From a virus (taxonomy: Duplodnaviria; Caudoviricetes): a DNA stretch of 64,000 nt. The stretch is taken from IMG/VR virus record IMGVR_UViG_3300033075_001000, positions 2,948 through 66,947 of that record. One strand, given 5' to 3'. The position numbers were made by a program, and so were the translations under genes. Of this stretch, positions 17,834 to 26,384 are shown piece after piece (positions within the stretch are counted from its first letter, which is position 1; each line of letters starts with the position of its first letter). A model generated the notes under the pieces. The model did no database searches. It was not told the origin of the DNA and worked only from the letters and a program-made list of their open reading frames with translations.

Positions 17834-18264
17834 TTCCCGCCTCCCGCGAGGGCGGCGAGGAGATCCTGCACGGCGTGCGCGAGCTTGGCCGGCATGATCG
17901 GATGGCCGCAGTAGTCTCCGAACTGATCGGCGCCTCCAAAGACATCGCGCATGGCTTTGTCGGTACGCTCCGCCGCCTCCCTGACCTCCTCCGGCAGCGC
18001 GGGCGCGGGCTTTCCGCAGCGGCAGATGACCGTATCCACGTCGCCATCTTTGTCGGCTAGCCCATAGAACCCTACGCCGTGGCAGTCGCGGCACTCAGAG
18101 TTGGGCTTGGAGACTGGCTCCGTCGCGGCGAGGAGGGAGCGGAGGGCGTCCGCGACGGTCAGCGAGATCGGCGCGAACGACCACTCGTCTCCGGCGACCG
18201 CGATATCGTGCTGTTCCAGCGCCTCCTGCGCCTCTTTGACGGCTTCGGCGAGATCGGTGTTCAT
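17830..18264 (-). CDS. Hypothetical mosaic protein (CxxC)
   Basis: ATG after AGATGGGGGAAG; DALRSLLAAT and ALAGGGK blocks. Confidence 0.6.
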   Translation of the reverse strand: MNTDLAEAVKEAQEALEQHDIAVAGDEWSFAPISLTVADALRSLLAATEPVSKPNSECRDCHGVGFYGLADKDGDVDTVICRCGKPAPALPEEVREAAERTDKAMRDVFGGADQFGDYCGHPIMPAKLAHAVQDLLAALAGGGK

Positions 18265-18710
18265 GCTGACTTCCCCCATCTCCTCGCGCTGGTGATTAGG
18301 TTGTCCGCGTGCTTGCATTCCTTGCAGTACCGGCTTCTCCGGCCCTTCAGCGTTCGCACGCCATCGAGGGCGTGACCCTTGGTGCAGGAGCGCCGCCGCT
18401 GTTCGGCGTGGCGCCCCTTGCTGACGCAGTCGTGCGCGTTGTCGGCGGCGGTGCCCAAGAAGAGATGCCGCGTGTTCACGCACGGCGGGTTGTCACAACG
18501 ATGGAGCACGAACAGACCGGGCGGGATGGGGCCGTGCTCCAACATCCAAGCGAACCGATGCGCCGCATATACGCGCCCACCCGACCGGAGGCGTCCGTAG
18601 CCGCGTCCAGTCACCGTCCCCAGCCACAGGAAGCACCCGCTGTTCGGTTCCGGTATGACGAACTTCTCGAATTGCGCCGCCTCCCTGCGGGCCGTGGCGA
18701 GGTCAGCCAT
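18261..18710 (-). CDS. HNH homing endonuclease
   Basis: SGCFLW...GYG...AHRFAW...[24 protein letters not shown]. Confidence 0.9.
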   Translation of the reverse strand: MADLATARREAAQFEKFVIPEPNSGCFLWLGTVTGRGYGRLRSGGRVYAAHRFAWMLEHGPIPPGLFVLHRCDNPPCVNTRHLFLGTAADNAHDCVSKGRHAEQRRRSCTKGHALDGVRTLKGRRSRYCKECKHADNLITSARRWGKSA

Positions 18711-19008
18711 TGCCGTCGCCGTAGCCGTCGCCGGAGCCGAAGCCGGAGCCGGAGCCGGAGCCGTCGCTGGAGCCGTAGCCGTAGCCGGAGCCGGAGCCGT
18801 AGCCGGAGCCGGAGCCGGAGCCGTCGCCGTAGCCGTAGCCGGAGCCGGAGCCGGAGCCGTCGCCGTAGCCGTAGCCGGAGCCGTAGCCGGAGCCGTAGCC
18901 GTAGCCGTCGCCGTAGCCGGAGCCAGAGCCGGAGCCGTAGCCGGAGCCGGAGCCGGAGCCGTCGCCGTAGCCGTAGCCGGAGCCGGAGCCGAAGCTTACG
19001 CTCGCCAT
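18703..19008 (-). CDS. Gly/Ser/Tyr/Asp low-complexity repeat protein
   Basis: GSGSGYGYGDGSG repeats encoded by 6-nt tandem units; coupled to the upstream DUF6948-like gene. Confidence 0.65.
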   Translation of the reverse strand: MASVSFGSGSGYGYGDGSGSGSGYGSGSGSGYGDGYGYGSGYGSGYGYGDGSGSGSGYGYGDGSGSGSGYGSGSGYGYGSSDGSGSGSGFGSGDGYGDGNG

Positions 19009-19313
19009 TCCGGCACCGCCGCGATGGATGACTGGGCCTCTGGCGTCACTGCAAGAATCTCGATGGATTCGGTCAGCTCGACCCGCGAGACCGCGCACGG
19101 GAATTTGCACGTCGCGGGGCTTTTCGTCCCGCGCACGGCGAGTTCGCTGAGGCTCGCCGCACCGGTCCAATACCAGATTCGGCGGGCATCACGGAGCACG
19201 ACCTCCTTCCCCTTGCGAGACACCAGGTATCCAGCGAACACTCCGGCGCTATGGGTGCGGACGATGACATACCGCTGCTTCGGGCTGGGCTTCGTCGTCT
19301 TCTTCGTGGCCAT
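18996..19313 (-). CDS. DUF6948-like protein
   Basis: YVIVRTHSAGVFAG...EVVLRDARRIWYWTGAASLSELA. Confidence 0.75.
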   Translation of the reverse strand: MATKKTTKPSPKQRYVIVRTHSAGVFAGYLVSRKGKEVVLRDARRIWYWTGAASLSELAVRGTKSPATCKFPCAVSRVELTESIEILAVTPEAQSSIAAVPEWRA

Positions 19314-19324
19314 TTTCTTCTCCT

Positions 19325-19480
19325 TCACTTGCTCTTCTCCTTCTCCTCGCGCTCTGCGGCGCGAAGGCGGGCGGCGTGCGGGCGCGTTCCGCGTCGTCCG
19401 TAACCCCACTCATCCGACCGGCACGGCTGTCCGGGGTCAGCAAAGCAGTACGTGCAGTAGACGGCCAGCGGCCCGCTCAT
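19325..19480 (-). CDS. Small zinc-finger protein
   Basis: CTYCFADPGQPC...RPHAAR. Confidence 0.6.
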   Translation of the reverse strand: MSGPLAVYCTYCFADPGQPCRSDEWGYGRRGTRPHAARLRAAEREEKEKSK

Positions 19481-19725
19481 TTCTCCTCCGGCGGCGCGGC
19501 GAGAGCCCGCACGATCTGCTTGTGCAGGAAGCCGCACCCAGCGCAGTTGTGAGCACCGCCGCTCATTGACAGTAGATGGTTAGCGACACCTTGTAGCTCT
19601 TTTCGCAGCCTCTCGTTCTCGGCGCGGAGTTCCTCGTTCGCGACGACCTCACGGTCCAGCGCATCCGCCGCGCAGACCGGGCAGGAGTCGCATTGGATGC
19701 AGCGGACGCACTCATGGTCGCTCAC
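19477..19725 (-). CDS. Cys-rich mosaic protein
   Basis: CxxCxxCxxCxxC, RAENERLR, CAGC. Confidence 0.55.
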   Translation of the reverse strand: MSDHECVRCIQCDSCPVCAADALDREVVANEELRAENERLRKELQGVANHLLSMSGGAHNCAGCGFLHKQIVRALAAPPEEK

Positions 19726-20357
19726 TTCCCGCCTCCCGCGAGGGCGGCGCGGAGGTATGCCGCGCGCTGCTTGAACGTCTCCTCGTACGCGGAGTGCCCG
19801 CTCTCGGCCTCCTCTTCGCAGAAGACGATCTCGCGCTCGATGGTGAAGCGCAGCCTCTCGTTCTCGGCGCGAAGGGGCGGCTCCGAATCCTTCGCCTTTT
19901 CCGTTTGACGGCTGTCCCGGACCTCCGCGTTAAGGCCGTTCAAGAACCGCTGATCCGCAATCGACTTCGGGCGCCCCAACCGGGCGTTCCCGTCGAGCCA
20001 TTCCTTGACGAGAGAGATGAGGCGTTCCGTCTCTTCCTCCGCCCGAACCCGCAGCCCGAACTGTCGCCCGCGTTCCTCTTCTTCTTTGTCGATACGCTCA
20101 CGGAGGGACTCGACCTCGCGCCACGTCATGTCGTAGGCCGCGCCACGCTGCTCGGCCAGTGTGAGGGCCGCGTTGCGCTCGGTCGTGAGGGCGGCGATGT
20201 CGTGGCCTGTCTCTGCCATGACATTGGCAAGACGCGCCCGCAGCCAGTCCCGCTCTGCGCGGACGTGTCCGTTGCACTGCCACGTCGTACCGGCCCGGTC
20301 CTTCGCGGCGTCTTGTCGGCAGTCCACGCACGCCGGGTCGTATTGGATCTCGCTCAT
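19722..20357 (-). CDS. Coiled-coil mosaic protein
   Basis: CVDC; long heptad region; RAENERLR and ALAGGGK blocks. Confidence 0.6.
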   Translation of the reverse strand: MSEIQYDPACVDCRQDAAKDRAGTTWQCNGHVRAERDWLRARLANVMAETGHDIAALTTERNAALTLAEQRGAAYDMTWREVESLRERIDKEEEERGRQFGLRVRAEEETERLISLVKEWLDGNARLGRPKSIADQRFLNGLNAEVRDSRQTEKAKDSEPPLRAENERLRFTIEREIVFCEEEAESGHSAYEETFKQRAAYLRAALAGGGK

Positions 20358-20560
20358 GGTTCACTCTCCAGATCGACCACGACCTTGACCTTGGCGAACG
20401 CCCAGCGCACGCCAGCCGACTCCAGACGGAGGGCCACATCCACGGCGACTTCGTCGGCGACTTCGATGAGCGCGTCTTGGACCTGCGCGTAGTGGTGACG
20501 GGTGCTGACCGGATTCAGCGCGACCCGCTCTTCGCGGTTAATGCGCGTGAGGCTCATCAC
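20354..20560 (-). CDS. Hypothetical protein
   Basis: ATGA/GTGA coupling on both sides. Confidence 0.55.
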   Translation of the reverse strand: MMSLTRINREERVALNPVSTRHHYAQVQDALIEVADEVAVDVALRLESAGVRWAFAKVKVVVDLESEP

Positions 20561-20856
20561 TTCTCTCCTCCCTTCTCGCCCCGGACGGCGGCGTCGAGCG
20601 CAGCGAACGCAGCGAACCGACGCTCAATAACCCGCGCCGTGTCGGCCCCGGTGAATCCGTAGAAGGCGCGGAAGTCGTTCTCGGCCTCCACCATCTCCAC
20701 CGCCGCCCGTGCGACGGCGAGGAGGCGCCGCAGCGTGCCGACACGGATCGGGACGCCGGTTACGTCGCGTATTGGGTCCGACACGTTCGGCGCCCATTTG
20801 TCGATGGTGCGCCGCCCCTCTTGGATGATCTCGGCGAGCGTTACCTCAACGGGCAC
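20557..20856 (-). CDS. Hypothetical protein
   Basis: GTG after AAGGAGG; coupled. Confidence 0.55.
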   Translation of the reverse strand: MPVEVTLAEIIQEGRRTIDKWAPNVSDPIRDVTGVPIRVGTLRRLLAVARAAVEMVEAENDFRAFYGFTGADTARVIERRFAAFAALDAAVRGEKGGEK

Positions 20857-21067
20857 GGTTGGCCTCCTTCTGGCGCCGAATGTGGCGGCGCATTCCGCGC
20901 GACGGACGGAGGAAACAGTTGAGCCGCCTCATCGCTTTGGTGGCGCTTCGGCAGCTGAGTCGCAGCCGGTCATACGACTCACAGAAAGCGTGGGCCTTGA
21001 GCATCGCGGCCCCCAGCCGCTCCCGCATCTCGTGCGAATACCCGACGAGGCTCTCGGCGAGCGTCAC
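20846..21067 (-). CDS. Basic hypothetical protein
   Basis: GTGA overlap; Arg-rich. Confidence 0.45.
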   Translation of the reverse strand: MTLAESLVGYSHEMRERLGAAMLKAHAFCESYDRLRLSCRSATKAMRRLNCFLRPSRGMRRHIRRQKEANRAR

Positions 21068-21891
21068 CGGCCACCTCCCTGCGCGGAGAGGTACTTGATG
21101 ACGCGGCACACCTCGCACACCTCGTCCGGCGGGACGCCAGCCTCCCGGCAGGTAACTCCAGATCCCGGCTTGTCACGGCACCCCTCGGCGGCGACCATCC
21201 GGAGCAGCGCGAGCCGCTCCGCCGCCTCCCGGACGGCGTCGGACGGGGGCGGGGAACTCTCCGGAATTTCCGGAAGGTTCGCGGTGGCGGCGAGGAGCCG
21301 CTCGATGACGATGCACAGGTGATCCATGCTGCCGAAGACGCGCTCGTTCGCCCGCAGCCGAAGCGCCTCCTCTGCCTCTCTCCGTGCGGCGGCGAGGTCA
21401 GCCACGGGGGCGTCACTTGCCATTGGTCTCCTCCTTCTCCTCGGCCCGCTTGCGCGCTGTCGGGCGTGGCGGATACCCTCTTGCTCGACATTGGAAGCGT
21501 CGAGACGTTCGGCGTGAGGCCGGACAGGACGCGGCCCGTACCCCATGTCCTTCGACAAACACCCGCGCCCCATCGGCTCTTTGCACCTCGGACACTCCAC
21601 GTCCAGCGGGTCCGCGCTCACGGCTTCGCCTCCGGGAACAAAACGCGAGTCATGTCCTGCCCGCGCGTCGGGGTCCGCAGGGGGGGGGATGTCCCGGCTT
21701 TCCGCCCACCTAGCGTGCGATTCGAGGGCGCCCATCGCAGAGGCGTACGAGCGTTCCATCCGGTGGGCATAACGCCACGGATTTAGCCACGCCCACCACG
21801 GGCGGGTGTCGCGGACGACGTCATCCCACGACATATGTTCGCGCCCCGGTCGGCCGCGGACAGCGGCGTCTGAGTAGGTTGGCGCGCTCAC
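21064..21891 (-). CDS. Single open frame joining three apparent gene modules (internal starts at 21621 and 21423; middle module is a Zn finger)
   Basis: GTG 21891; internal GTG 21621 (VSADPLDVECPRC...RPHAER); ATG 21423 with RBS AAGGAGGAG; G9 tract at 21680-21688. Confidence 0.45.
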   Translation of the reverse strand: MSAPTYSDAAVRGRPGREHMSWDDVVRDTRPWWAWLNPWRYAHRMERSYASAMGALESHARWAESRDIPPPADPDARAGHDSRFVPGGEAVSADPLDVECPRCKEPMGRGCLSKDMGYGPRPVRPHAERLDASNVEQEGIRHARQRASGPRRRRRPMASDAPVADLAAARREAEEALRLRANERVFGSMDHLCIVIERLLAATANLPEIPESSPPPSDAVREAAERLALLRMVAAEGCRDKPGSGVTCREAGVPPDEVCEVCRVIKYLSAQGGGR

Positions 21892-22106
21892 GGCCTCTCT
21901 CCTTCCGGCTTCGCCTCGCGGGTGGCGGCGAGGAGCGAGCGGAGGGCGTCCACGCACCGCTCTACCCTTTCCCTCACAACATCCACAGCTTCCGCCGGAT
22001 CTCTCGTGAGCGTCTCCTGTAAGGCCGCGTCCTCCCATCTGGCGTCCCACTTCGCCAGCGCCGCCTCCGCCTCCTTGATCGCGGCGGCGAGGCCCGGGCG
22101 GCTCAC
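21888..22106 (-). CDS. Hypothetical mosaic protein
   Basis: GTGA overlaps; DALRSLLAAT block. Confidence 0.55.
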   Translation of the reverse strand: MSRPGLAAAIKEAEAALAKWDARWEDAALQETLTRDPAEAVDVVRERVERCVDALRSLLAATREAKPEGERP

Positions 22107-22507
22107 AGCTCCACCTCCCCGTCGAGGCGGGCGAGAAAGGCGCGGGCCGCGCACGGGCCGCACGGTCCCGCAGCGTTCATGTCGATGCAGGTGCCCCGCC
22201 AGCCGCCACGCACCAGCCAGCACGGATGCGTGGCGATCTCCCGCAGCGCCTCGCGGAGCCTGCCCCGCTCGGCCAGGACATCGCGGACAGCCTCGATGAC
22301 GTTGGAGTGGTGCGTGGTCGGGGCGAGGAGCGCCGCGACCTCCGTCAGCTGCCGGTCGAACGCCGACTCGCGCTCCGCCAGCCGGTCCCGCTCCGCCTCG
22401 GCCAGCGCGGCGCGAAGCGACTCGACTCTCTTGTTGAGCCACTGCACCTCGCACTCGGCGCACCGGCAGTTGTCGGTCCTGCGGCAGACGTAGCGGATCT
22501 CGCTCAC
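22103..22507 (-). CDS. Cys-containing coiled-coil hypothetical protein
   Basis: GTGA coupling; MSEIRYVC start parallels MSEIQYDP at 20357. Confidence 0.6.
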   Translation of the reverse strand: MSEIRYVCRRTDNCRCAECEVQWLNKRVESLRAALAEAERDRLAERESAFDRQLTEVAALLAPTTHHSNVIEAVRDVLAERGRLREALREIATHPCWLVRGGWRGTCIDMNAAGPCGPCAARAFLARLDGEVEL

Positions 22508-22581
22508 TTCCCACCTCCGTCGAGGGTGGCGCGGATACGGTTGGCGAGGTCGCTGGGCATGTGCTTTGGCTCGTCACTCAT
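22504..22581 (-). CDS. 25-aa peptide
   Basis: RBS AGGAGGGG before ATG; ends in a TLDGGGK variant of the shared terminal block. Confidence 0.35.
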   Translation of the reverse strand: MSDEPKHMPSDLANRIRATLDGGGK

Positions 22582-22595
22582 CGTCCCCTCCTGGC

Positions 22596-22741
22596 AAAAA
22601 GGCGGTCGGCCCCCGTCTGGACGGGAGCGCCAGCGTCGCTACCTCTACAACTGAATTCCCCGGGAAACCGTCTCCATGATCTGGGCGAGGCGTCTCGCCT
22701 GACCGGGAGACCCTTGCGACTTCAAAGAACTCCGACCGCCT
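22596..22741 (-). ncRNA. Candidate structured intergenic RNA / attenuator
   Basis: 10-bp closing stem AGGCGGUCGG/CCGACCGCCU followed by UUUU; inner stems GUCUCC/GGAGAC and GGCGAG/CUCGCC. Confidence 0.45.
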
Positions 22742-22746
22742 GTTTC

Positions 22747-23088
22747 TCATCTGGCACTCTTCACGATGACCCTGTACTCGCTGAAGTTCTCGTCGCTCAA
22801 CCTGCGGATCAGCGCTAGGACCATTTCTGTCGTCGGGGCTGGCAGCCCGGCCTGCCGGAACCAGTGGTCTCGCACAACCTTGGCGGCATCCGTCTGGCCG
22901 AAAAGGAACGTGTCGATCCTCCCCCGCGCCGGCGACCCTGGAGAGGTGTCCCTACGGTCGGTGACCGCGTGGAGAATCACCGCGGCAGCCAGCCGCTGGT
23001 ACGGCGTCCATTCCGTCGCTGGGTCAAAGGAGAAGACCTCCTTGCGGACCACCTCGAGCGGATCAACCCGTTCCTCTTTCTCAGCCAC
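22747..23088 (-). CDS. Hypothetical protein
   Basis: YQRLAAAVILHAVTD motif; overlaps the RuvC-like stop. Confidence 0.6.
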   Translation of the reverse strand: MAEKEERVDPLEVVRKEVFSFDPATEWTPYQRLAAAVILHAVTDRRDTSPGSPARGRIDTFLFGQTDAAKVVRDHWFRQAGLPAPTTEMVLALIRRLSDENFSEYRVIVKSAR

Positions 23089-23545
23089 GGCCGTACTTGA
23101 GCCGCCCATACTCAGCGATTGCCAGCGCTTCGGCTATACCATCCTTTGGAGTCCTGCACCCCATGGGGATCAGATTGACCGTAGGGTAGGCCCGGCGTGC
23201 CCAGACGATGGCTGCATCCTTGTCCTTGAGGCTGCCCTCCAGAATCACCTTCTTCCACTCCTGGGGCCTTACGAGCTCGGTCCTGACCTGCATCGCAGCC
23301 AGGATGCCCAGGAGCTCCCCGAAGCGCCGCCCGAAGGTAAACGTGGAGCTTACCCCCTGCTTTGGCATGGCCGCGACCTTCTCGATCACCGCCAGGTCGA
23401 AGCCGAGCGTGAACCAGTCCTTGACGATCTCCGCAAGGTCCACCTCGTTCCCGGCTAGGGGGAACAGCTCCGCAAGCGGCTGGCAGTCGTCGCCGATGAG
23501 GGCGTACCCGCCGTGCAGGCCGGGGTCGATCCCAAGCACTTTCAC
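23081..23545 (-). CDS. RuvC-like Holliday junction resolvase
   Basis: VLGIDPG, AVIEKV, GVSSTFTFG, PQEWKK, DGIAEALAIA. Confidence 0.88.
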   Translation of the reverse strand: MKVLGIDPGLHGGYALIGDDCQPLAELFPLAGNEVDLAEIVKDWFTLGFDLAVIEKVAAMPKQGVSSTFTFGRRFGELLGILAAMQVRTELVRPQEWKKVILEGSLKDKDAAIVWARRAYPTVNLIPMGCRTPKDGIAEALAIAEYGRLKYGRG

Positions 23546-23784
23546 TTCTGCTTCCTCCTTGCGGCGTCAACGCGGTTCTGGAAGGCACGTAGCCGACGCG
23601 AGAGCTGGTGGTTCCGCCGGTGGAGGTCGTTCACCTCTTCCTCGAGAAGGACGAGATGGTCGAGTACCTTCTTGGTGTAGTCCGCCAGGGTCTTCCACTG
23701 CGGGGGCCTGTCGATCCAGAGATCGTTCGGGCGCAGGTCCTCGATGACCTTGGTGTGCAGGGCCTCGGCGACGCGCTCGTTCAT
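23542..23784 (-). CDS. Coiled-coil hypothetical protein
   Basis: GTGA coupling with the RuvC-like gene; start uncertain. Confidence 0.5.
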   Translation of the reverse strand: MNERVAEALHTKVIEDLRPNDLWIDRPPQWKTLADYTKKVLDHLVLLEEEVNDLHRRNHQLSRRLRAFQNRVDAARRKQK

Positions 23785-23830
23785 GGAGTGAAGGAAGAGC
23801 CTCCCCCCGGAAGGGGAGGCTCCCCCAGAG

Positions 23831-24082
23831 CTACGGCTGGACCTCATCGAGGGCGGAGCCACCACGCATCGACGCCGGGACGTCGCTGGGCGGCATCGGA
23901 ATCGGAGGCGCCGGCGGGTTGTCGACGCGGTAGAGGAAGACGTTCGAGACCGGGCCCTGGAAGATGATGTTGTTCGTCTTCGGGTCCTTGATCTGGATCA
24001 TCCCGTCGCCGCTCTGGATCTTGAAGTCGTCCGGGAAGTCGATCGTGTCCTCGACGGTATGCGTGAAGCGGGCTCGTATCAT
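23831..24082 (-). CDS. Hypothetical protein
   Basis: ATGA coupling; RBS GGAGGTGA. Confidence 0.6.
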   Translation of the reverse strand: MIRARFTHTVEDTIDFPDDFKIQSGDGMIQIKDPKTNNIIFQGPVSNVFLYRVDNPPAPPIPMPPSDVPASMRGGSALDEVQP

Positions 24083-24327
24083 GCGGTCACCTCCGGCTGG
24101 GTTTCGGCCTTGGCCCTGGGCTTCCTGGCCTTCCTGGCGCCGGCCTTGGGCCCGCGCTTCCGGGGCGCGACGATGCCGTCCAGGAGGTCGGCGTTGATCG
24201 GCCCGGCGAGCTTGCAGATGGTCTTGAGCTCCTCCAGGAGGTCTGCCCTGCGCGTGCGGGCCTCGGCCTCGAGCTTGGTGCGCTCCTCTTCGAGCGCTTC
24301 GAGACGGCTGGTGATGGTTTCGGTCAT
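24079..24327 (-). CDS. Coiled-coil protein with a basic tail (possibly nucleoid-associated)
   Basis: LEALEEERTKLEAEA...PRKRGPKAGARKARKPRAKA; RBS AAAGGAG. Confidence 0.6.
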   Translation of the reverse strand: MTETITSRLEALEEERTKLEAEARTRRADLLEELKTICKLAGPINADLLDGIVAPRKRGPKAGARKARKPRAKAETQPEVTA

Positions 24328-24342
24328 GGGGCTCCTTTCTGG

Positions 24343-25188
24343 TTACCCTTCTTCGCCAGGCTGACGCTCGTCGAAGAGCGCCTGGTCGGTGGGGTCGGGC
24401 TTCGTGACGTTCGCGGCGATCTGGTCGGACTTCGAGGGGGGCTCCGGGAGCTCCTCGATAGTGATGGGGTTGATGTCGATCACGCCCTCCATGCCTTCGA
24501 GAGCGTCCGCCTTCGTAATGGCGTCCTGGCTCTCGATGCTGAGGGGGAGCATCTTGGCGAGACGGCGGATGGCCGTCTTCTTCATCATCTCCTCGTAGTC
24601 CGAAACCCATGCCCCTGCGTTTCCCATGCGGCTTTTCGCGCGGATGTGCTCCACTTCCGCCAGCGTCATTACCTCGAACTGCGAGCCGCCGTCCTTGAGC
24701 TTGGCGATGGCGTAAACGAGGACCGGCTTCCCGCGCTCGCCGGTCAGAAGCGGGACGTGGCGGAGGACCGGGTTGAACCCGTAGGCCAGCTCGAAGATGT
24801 CGTTCTGCTTCACGACGCGCGCCTCAATCGACTGGATTTCTCCGGACCGTCGCGCGAGCTCGATGAATCCTCTGTACCCCACAATTAACTGGCATTCCAT
24901 TTTGCCAGTCTTCCCGTTCTTGAACGGGACGAGGTAGGCCGAGCCCAGCGCGCCGCCGCAGTCGAGGCCGAGCTGCGCCGCATTCATCACCGACTGGAGA
25001 ATCGTCCCGGAGTCGCACTCCAGAAGCGTGGGGGTCTTCGACGCCGCCACGAGCGCGATTTTGATGAGCCGCTCCGGCGTAAGGTGCCGCGGGATGACCG
25101 CGGCCATCGACGGCCGCGCCTCCTCGAGCAGCCGCTTGAGCGTGTCCATGCGTTCCTTCGGTTTCACGATGGCGTTACCGATTGCCAT
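24343..25188 (-). CDS. recT: RecT-family single-strand annealing protein
   Basis: AAQLGLD...AYLVPF...CQLIVGYRGFIELARRSG...W..DYEEMMKKTAIRRLAKMLPLS. Confidence 0.93.
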   Translation of the reverse strand: MAIGNAIVKPKERMDTLKRLLEEARPSMAAVIPRHLTPERLIKIALVAASKTPTLLECDSGTILQSVMNAAQLGLDCGGALGSAYLVPFKNGKTGKMECQLIVGYRGFIELARRSGEIQSIEARVVKQNDIFELAYGFNPVLRHVPLLTGERGKPVLVYAIAKLKDGGSQFEVMTLAEVEHIRAKSRMGNAGAWVSDYEEMMKKTAIRRLAKMLPLSIESQDAITKADALEGMEGVIDINPITIEELPEPPSKSDQIAANVTKPDPTDQALFDERQPGEEG

Positions 25189-25242
25189 GGGTCCCCTTTC
25201 TCTTCGCGTAGGCCAGTGCGCTATGCGCGCGAGCGCAAGGTG

Positions 25243-26223
25243 TCACGGATTCCCCTTCTTGAAGGTGGGCATGAAGTACCTCGTCGAGGGGCCCACCTTG
25301 GTGTATTTCTGGATGATCTGGTCGGAGATCCCCTGCGCTGCGGCGAGGGCCTCCCAGTCGGTGTTCGCCCGGCCCGCCCGCTCCTTCCACGTCACCTGAC
25401 CGCACTCCGCGGTGAACCCGTCGGCCTCGCCGATGCTGTTCTTCAGGAGGTTGGAGAGCTCCTCCTCGCGGTCCTTGAGACGCTTGAGGCCATCCCGGAC
25501 GTCCTTCAGGTCCTCGAGCCACTTCGCTTCGTGGGGCTCCGCCACCCGGAGCGGGGTCCGGTTGTGGGGGAACTTGTTCTTGACCCAGAGCCCAGCGGTC
25601 TCGGAGGCGTCGATCGGTGGCGGTACACCGGGGACGATGTGGTCGTTCCAGAAGGCGCTGACCGTCTCGCGGATCTGCGCCCCCAGGAGCGCGCTTCGCT
25701 GGACCGTGTAGAGGCGCACCTCCTGCCCGGCCATCATGGCGGCGACGTCCCAGACGTCCAGGTTCAGCACCTCGAGATAGGTCTGCACCTGGACGAGGTA
25801 GTGGGTGGGGATCTCGTCGGTGCCCTCGGGGCCCCAGCCCTCCATGGCGTACTGCCCGACGTTCTTGAACTCGACACCGCGCTCCTCGTCGAGGCAGAGG
25901 CAGTCCGGCGAGGCCCCCAGGAAGGGCAGCTCCGGGTGCCGGTAGATGGTGTTCTCGACGCGGCGCACCTTCCGTCCCGTGAGGAGCTCGTACTCCTCGG
26001 CCAGGATCTTCTCCATGCGCCGGCCCAGGCGGAGCTTCTGGGTGTCCTCCATGGGCGGGACGAGGCCGGTCTTCTGGCCGTAGATCTTCCAGGCATCCGC
26101 CCAGGGGGAGAGGCCCATCAGGGCCGCCACCTCGGAGCCGCCGACGAAGGTCTCCCGGGCAGCGGTCCACGCTTCGACGTCGGGGAAGACGATCGGGGGG
26201 GGCGTCTTCTCGTAGAGGGTCAT
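25243..26223 (-). CDS. YqaJ-like (lambda-exonuclease family) recombination nuclease
   Basis: RETFVGGSEVAALMGLSPW, LGASPDC, VEFKN, IPTHYLVQVQTY; adjacent to recT. Confidence 0.92.
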   Translation of the reverse strand: MTLYEKTPPPIVFPDVEAWTAARETFVGGSEVAALMGLSPWADAWKIYGQKTGLVPPMEDTQKLRLGRRMEKILAEEYELLTGRKVRRVENTIYRHPELPFLGASPDCLCLDEERGVEFKNVGQYAMEGWGPEGTDEIPTHYLVQVQTYLEVLNLDVWDVAAMMAGQEVRLYTVQRSALLGAQIRETVSAFWNDHIVPGVPPPIDASETAGLWVKNKFPHNRTPLRVAEPHEAKWLEDLKDVRDGLKRLKDREEELSNLLKNSIGEADGFTAECGQVTWKERAGRANTDWEALAAAQGISDQIIQKYTKVGPSTRYFMPTFKKGNP

Positions 26224-26384
26224 GAGTTCACCACCGGCGCGAGCCGCTCGATACGGTCCTTGTTCTTCTGGACGTTGCGGCCGGCGTCGACGGCTCGATA
26301 GGCCTGCTGGCGACGCTTGAACCGCAGGTCGTCTGCCGTCCTCTCGATGGGCTTCTTGCGGGCTCCGGACTTCCGCTTGTACAT
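26220..26384 (-). CDS. Small basic protein
   Basis: Coupled; Lys/Arg-rich. Confidence 0.5.
   Translation of the reverse strand: MYKRKSGARKKPIERTADDLRFKRRQQAYRAVDAGRNVQKNKDRIERLAPVVNS

Noticed and set aside
18309-19569. + strand Arg-Ser repeat and Ala/Gly/Val repeat ORFs
   Set aside because: They are reverse-frame readings of the GSGYG hexamer repeat; the - strand gene fits the operon's coupling.
22596-22741. c-di-GMP-I riboswitch (prompted by GTCGCAAG, GGTAGCG and the GGDEF domain)
   Set aside because: No GGCAAAC/GNRA P2 hairpin in the required order; kept only as an unclassified structure.
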